A DNA stretch of 64,000 bases from Eledone cirrhosa. Its lineage: Eukaryota. The stretch is from assembly GCA_964016885.1 (NCBI GenBank), contig OZ024743.1, positions 72,230,001 through 72,294,000 of the forward strand, written 5' to 3'. Of the stretch, positions 57,870 through 64,000 are shown in pieces. The stretch's first letter is position 1. Every line of letters starts with the position of its first letter. Below the pieces are notes generated by a model, which saw nothing but the letters and a program-made list of their open reading frames with translations, searched no databases and had not been told where the DNA came from. The translations under genes were made by a program, and so were the position numbers.

Positions 57870-58200
57870 ACTTCGATGGGTTTTTGGAGTAACGTTATTC
57901 GACAGTGTGTAGCTCGGAGAGTCAATCCATGTAGAGCCGCTACTCCTCTGAATAACAGCTCCAATGTGGTTAGAGTGTCTCGGGAAAGAATCACTGGACA
58001 AATTTTACGGGCACAACCAACCAGCAGGAAACCTAGGGGTAGACTCCGGGCAAGAGGTTTAGGTAACAACCATCAGTTTGGCTGGTATTCCTTTGGAATC
58101 AGTTGGAGACGGTTGCTTCAGACAGGAGGCACTGGGAGGAGTGTTTGAGGACTCTGCCCCTACGAGCTTCTCAGGAATAAGTGGGCGAAGAAGGAGAATA
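57870..58200 (+). mobile_element. 3' end of RTE-clade LINE
   Basis: VVRVSRERITGQILRAQPTSRKPRGRLRAR resembles the RTE C-terminal R.RGRP..RW motif; GAA-rich end. Confidence 0.6.
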
Positions 58201-58985
58201 AGTTACGTTATTCTATTTATTTTTCACTATAGTGAACATCAATAATTGTATATTGGTATATGTACAATTAACACTAAAACCAAAGCATGCATAGCTATTT
58301 CTTAGATGGTAAATTGGTGTAGAAAATAGTTACAAATGATTTTTAGAAACACTTAGTTCCACCCTACAAAAATTAAACAGAAAGGCAATGTATATTACAA
58401 TAGCAATTCCTCATACGTTACTTTCTGAAGGAGTAGTGAACTGGAAATTATATTGATGTTGATGAACCTGTTCCAAATACATTTGACTTTGCTTTATGCT
58501 ATTAAAAATAAAAATATATTTTGATGAATTAATCTAGCTACATATGTCATTATGGTGAAAGGGCGGCAATGAATGGGGGGATGTTAACAATTTTAATATG
58601 TATTGTAATCCAGGTTTCTGTAGGGATTGACATTTTAAAAGGAAGTGGAGGTACGAGTTTTAATCTAATCATGATATCGACAAATATGCAGAAAGCCAAC
58701 ATTATGTATAATGCTGTTTGTCTGTGTGAAATACATGATAAATATCAAACTACGTTTGGTAATATGATCTGTGTTATTCAATTTCGTTTCAAGATCATAA
58801 CATCTGGAGTTATTGTTGCTCAGCGCTACTGATATTAATGCAATAAGGACGAAGGCAAAACGTAAAATAATTGCAATAAATAAAACACATCAAAGCAAAA
58901 ACTTACAGTATAAACTTAGATATGTGAATAGTTTATAGGGAAACCTTTTATAAGAGACTATATACATTTATATATAGTGCTTTTT

Positions 58986-59026
<41 letters not shown>

Positions 59027-59115
59027 CAAGGACAAATACACAGAAAGCCAACAGTATTTGTAATGTTGTTTCTGTTTGAAATACATGATAATATATATAT
59101 ATATATTGATATGTG

Positions 59116-59139
<24 letters not shown>

Positions 59140-59147
<8 letters not shown>

Positions 59148-62100
59148 TACATATCGAGAAAGAGAAGGGGGGAAAGGCGATACATGTAGTTATTTGCCAA
59201 TAGCGTATGCAGACCGTGCTCAATACTATGCCGGCAGTGTTAAATATTAGAAGTGTTAATATTTAGTGGGCGAGAGAATTAGCAGAGCGGAAGCACGTGT
59301 AGAACTAAATAAAGGAGAACAAACCGTTAAAACATGTTTATTTAAAATAGCACCTACCTACGTTTCGCCCAAATGGGCTTCTGAAGGGCATAAACAATTA
59401 AAAAGCGTTCCCTACCTGACCCGAAATGGGTTTTTAGAGATAAGTACACGTCATTCTTCGTAAAAAAAAAACATGTATTGATTTTGCAGTAAGTCAAGGG
59501 AGATAACTCTAGCCGGTGTTAGGGCAGTCTTTTCCGGACAATGTTTTTATCCGTTACGACTATGTGGTTACTACCATGTCGATACGCATAGGTTCAGGTA
59601 TGCAACGTTAGTTTCGAGACGTTTGTTTGCTTCGTCTGCCCGCCTGGGTCGATTCTTGCCGGGTCTGGGATGGATGGTTAGTTTCCGGATGATTTTTGCA
59701 GCGCCTGCCCGCCGAGGTGTTTAAGCTTGGTTTAGGGAGACCGGGTTTACGGTTTTAACTCCTCGTTCTTATTCCATCTGGAGAAGGATATTTTTTTAAG
59801 CGGTGTGTAAAGCTTATCGTCGTTTCAGCTCTGCTGTTGATGAGTTCGTGGGGTGCCGTGATGATATGGTAGAGCTCCATGAGGCGAAGCTCGCACTTCC
59901 TCTTGAAGATGTACGGTGCAGCTCTGCCGACAATTTCCCAGTGCGTGGAGAAGCTGATGTTTGACTCTTTTAATGCCGTGGTGTAGTTCGCGAGCGAAGT
60001 AGAGTGGAGTGTATAGTTTCTTGTTTGTGAAAGAGTGAAGATGTGTTCGAACTCTATTTTTGAACGGGCCAGAGGTAGCCCCTATATAATGTTTAACGCT
60101 ATTATGGCTAGTTACGGTGCACCTATATATAACCTTATCAGTCAGGCAGTTACCCCTAAGGGGGCAGCGTCCCCTGTCGCGGAAGTTGCAATTTCGGTCG
60201 CGCCCCTTCTAGTTCCCACGGTAAGGCTATTATTATTGATATCTACGTTGTTACCTGCGCTCCTACACCTGTCATTAGCACCATTATAACCCATTGTGTG
60301 CGGGGTGGTACCATTATTATTCTGCACGCAGCAGCGTCTTCCGTTGCCGTCAGGTCACCCCTGCGGGTCACCTGCATACTCCCCAGTCATGTCGGGGTTA
60401 TTTTGGTTGCGTCTGTAGTGGCTGTTGCCAGCACCATTGGATGCTGCTAGAGAGTCGTTAAGGCCTATATAGTTGTTATCAAGTGTAGGCGCGTCGGTGC
60501 TAATGTGCTGTGTCTTGGTGATCTTACTGTGGTTAGTTGTTCCTATGATGTCTGCTAGGTTAGGAGTAGTAGAGAAGGATATGTTTATATTGTTCCTATT
60601 AAGGATTTTCCTATTCTTATGGTTGGGTGGGAAGTTCTTCTCTAAGGCTTCGAAGAATATCCGGGGTATGTCGGAGGCTACACTCCAAGAGTACGGGGTA
60701 TGGAACCATAGGACGTTTCTTTGGCGATTACGTGTCTTTGTATGTTTGCTACGGGTTGTGCTATCGGGGTGACCTTTCCTATGTATGTTATTGCGCCGTA
60801 GCCCGTTACGTGTCCCTTTCGCTTTATGCTCGAGTGCACTCGTCTTCCTTCTGCTACGTTTAAGTATTGGAAGATGTTGGTTGGGAGGCGTTGGTAGTAG
60901 GCCATCACCTTTGCTGATCTTATAGTAGGGGAATAATTCAAGTAAGCTACTGTGGTCACTATCACCGGGGTCGTGATCTTTATTGTGTGGTAAGCTACCT
61001 ATACTATCGCTAGTGTAATTAACATCGTGGCTGTGTTCCTTAGTGTGGTTTTCTATACTATTACATCCGACTTTTTCAAAGCCGCCGCGTGATCGGTTAT
61101 AGGTATGGCTTACTATAACGTTAGTCTTATGAGAGGGTTGGTTTCTGGAGCTAGCATTAGGATGTAGGAGATTCCTCGGTTAAAACCGGTGCTTATCAAG
61201 GCTTTATTGTAGTAATCTGCCGCTTGGTTGAAGATATCCTTATTGGCGGAGAGCCTCGATATCCTATGTGAGATGCTATAGACTATGGAGTTGAGAGTCT
61301 GCTTAGGTTGGTTGGAGGCATCATTAATATAAGAAAGGCTCTCTCTAGGCTTATGGTATGGCTTGTATAGGCCTGTACTCAACTCCAGGGTCACGTCCAG
61401 GAAGTTGACAACCTGGTGGTTGAGGTCTATAATTACGGATAGGCCGTATGACTTGAAGAACCTGTGTATGTGCTTGTTAAGTTTCTCTATTCTACGGGGG
61501 CTATGGTTCCTAACGGTAAACAGGGCATCGTCTCTATATACACCTCCTTGTAGGGATGGTATCTTGTCCCTGAGCTTATGGAGAAGGTATAATCCGACCA
61601 GGTCGGTTGCTTGCGCCGAGTTACTGGACCCCATCGTGATATCGAAGTTATCAGGACGGTTGGTTCTGGCCAGTGGGAGCCCTCGAACTGGAGAATGGTT
61701 CTACGCGTCGCTAGAACTATGTCTATTTCTTTTTTAGTGAGGCTAGTGTTAGATTTAGCTAAGATGAGTGCCTTATTTAAGAGTATGGGGGAGATAGAGG
61801 CGTAGTAACTATCTATGTCAAACTGGATGAACTTCAGGGTTGCTTTATCAGGCTACTCGGTGAACCAATCTATGACCTGGTCGGTGTTGCTCCAGAGGCA
61901 GACCTTAGCCTTTCTATTAAGCTCCAGTAGTACTCTATCGAGGATCACTTTACTTATCTTACCTATATCAGATGCAGAGGGACATATTAATCTAATAGAG
62001 GGGCTTTCATTAAAGTTACATTTGTGATCCTTAAGAGATAATCTAGGCGCCAGAGGGACATATGGGTTTGTGTACTTATTTATTTCTAAGCTAGTAACTA

Positions 62101-63480
62101 TATCCTTCCCTACTCTATTTATGTCATTTAATGTACTAATGGGTGTCTTTTAGTAGTGTTTGTGTAGTTCTTTATAAATGAATTGTTTATACTTGCTCGC
62201 GTCCATCTTGTACAGCTTATTGGTTTTGTCAGAGGTGACGAAGAGGTGTGGGTCATTCTTGATCTTGGTGATGAGTGTATCCAGGGATGTTAAGAATGGA
62301 TTGCTGCATCGGTGTTTTTTTTTAACTTGATGTTTCTGATCATTTTCAGCAGATCCTCCTCAAAGGAGTCTAGCAAGGTGTTGTGCGGTGGTTTTCGGTA
62401 TGTTTTGAAGCCATACCTCTCTTTATGTTCAGGAAGGTTGCGGGTGTTCTTATCCAGGTGGTAGGCCTTGCATCTAACTCTCCGTATAAACGAGTTAGTA
62501 GCATTTATAAGTTGTTTGAGGTAGGTTTTTCTGCTGTAAGGGGATACACTTGAGAGACATGGGTAACGGTTGATTCTCCAACATGATGGCAAATAAAGTG
62601 AGATGCTTTACACAAGGAGTACGGTAATAGAATATTTATGTATCGAGAAAGAGAAGGGGGGAAAGGCGATACATGTAGTTATTTGCCAATCGCGTATGCA
62701 GAGGGTGCTCAATACTAGTGCCGGCAGTGTCAAATATTAGAAGTGTTAATATCTAGTGGGCGAGAGAATTAGCAGAGCGGAAGCAGGTGGAGAAGTAAAT
62801 AAATGAGAACAGACCGTTAAAACATGTTTATTTAAAATAGCACCTACCTACGTTTCGCCCGAATTGGCTTCTCAAGGGCATAAACAACTAAAAAGCGTTC
62901 CTTACATGACCCGGAATGGGTTTTTAGAGATACGTTCACGTCAGAGTTCATTCTTCATAAAAAAAAAACATGTATTGATTTTGCAGTAGGTCAAGGGAGA
63001 TAACTCTAACCGGTGTTAGGGCAGTCTTTTCCGGACGATTTTTTATCCGTTACGACTATGTGGTTACTACCCTACCATTGTCAATACACACAGTGTCAGG
63101 TATGCAACGTTAGTTTCGAGACGTTTCCTTGCTTCGCCTGCCTGCCTGGGTCGATTCTTGCCGGGTCTGGGATGCATGGTTAGTTTCCGGATGTTTATTG
63201 CAGCGCCTGCCCGCCGGGGTGTTAAAGCTTGGTGCAGGGAGACCCGGTTTACGGTTTTCACTCCTCGTTCTTATTCCATCTGGAGAAGGATATTTTTAAG
63301 CGGTGTGTCGAGGCCATCGTCGTTTCAGCTCTGCTGTTGATGAGCTCGTGGGGTGCCGTTATGATATGGTAGAGCTCTATGAGCAAAGCTCGCACTTCCT
63401 CTTGAAGTTGTACGGTGCAGCTCTGTCGACAATTTCCTAGTGCGTCGAGAAGCCGATGTTTGAGTCTTTTAATGCCGTGA
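59140..63480 (-). mobile_element. Naiad-type PLE with partial-tandem (pseudo-LTR plus tail) structure
   Basis: ORF remnants 62590 to 59820: FIRRVR.KAY, SDKTNKLY, LKDHK, FIQFDI, MGSSNSAQ, YRDDAL, NFLDVT and NCN(F)R..CPLRGNCL..VIY..HYIG. About 59140-59980 is directly repeated at about 62630-63480, including the GIY-YIG C-terminus. Confidence 0.92.
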
Positions 63481-63489
63481 TATATATAT

Positions 63490-64000
63490 ATTGAACTCAA
63501 AATTATTCACTTACCATCATGATTACTTACTACACTCTCGACACGCCGAACGTGATCTCGAGACTAATTTCTCTCGGTTAAAACTTACCATTACTAACAT
63601 CCTACAAAAACAAAACACCTACTCACCACAACCTCTCAATACCACAACTCGCTACCATAAGAAACCTCAGGTCTAAGAAACATGTATACCTCCCATCGGA
63701 CAGGGGAAAAGAGTTTTGTGTTATTACCAGAGAGGCCTACAACAACCTAGCCCACCAATTTCTCAACGACGACAATCTCTATTGGAAATGATTGCAATTA
63801 CACCCGCGCTGTGGGAGAACCAGATCAACACCGTCTGGACCAACATCTGCGACAGACGAAGGCTCCCGAAGAGATTCCGGTACAATTGCATAACAAGAAA
63901 AACCAGGCTGCCCAACTTCTACCATTTGATCAAAACTCACCCGACCTGAAAATTAGACCATTGTCTACAGTGATGAAGGACCATCTCATAAAATCTCTTG
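63490..64000 (+). mobile_element. Degenerate N-terminal RT region of another PLE, running off the window
   Basis: RLPNFYHLIKTH...IRP motif characteristic of Penelope RT; frameshifted. Confidence 0.6.

Overview
AT-rich, microsatellite-saturated eukaryotic (invertebrate; repeat content suggests a cephalopod such as Octopus, by inference only) non-genic DNA. I see no host protein-coding gene. Most ORF-track entries are translations of (TA)n/(CA)n/(TTA)n repeats. The window is a retroelement graveyard: two Tx1/L1-type LINEs and an R4/Dong-type fragment clustered on (TTA)n; a full-length but decayed Ty3/Gypsy element (LTRs, tRNA-Trp PBS, PPT, AACC TSD); several Penelope-like elements (PLEs) of Naiad and Penelope/Poseidon type; RTE 3' ends; tRNA-derived SINEs; a mariner remnant, a MITE and a Helitron-like 3' end. 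The hidden signal is a dense, diverse set of type I hammerhead ribozyme (HHR) motifs with palindromic stem III, two families showing compensatory base changes between copies. They sit in non-coding fold-back elements and in a retrozyme-like unit (37363-38168) whose two tandem U3-A8 variant HHRs would release a 591-nt RNA. All RNA structures were folded by eye and need computational and biochemical confirmation.
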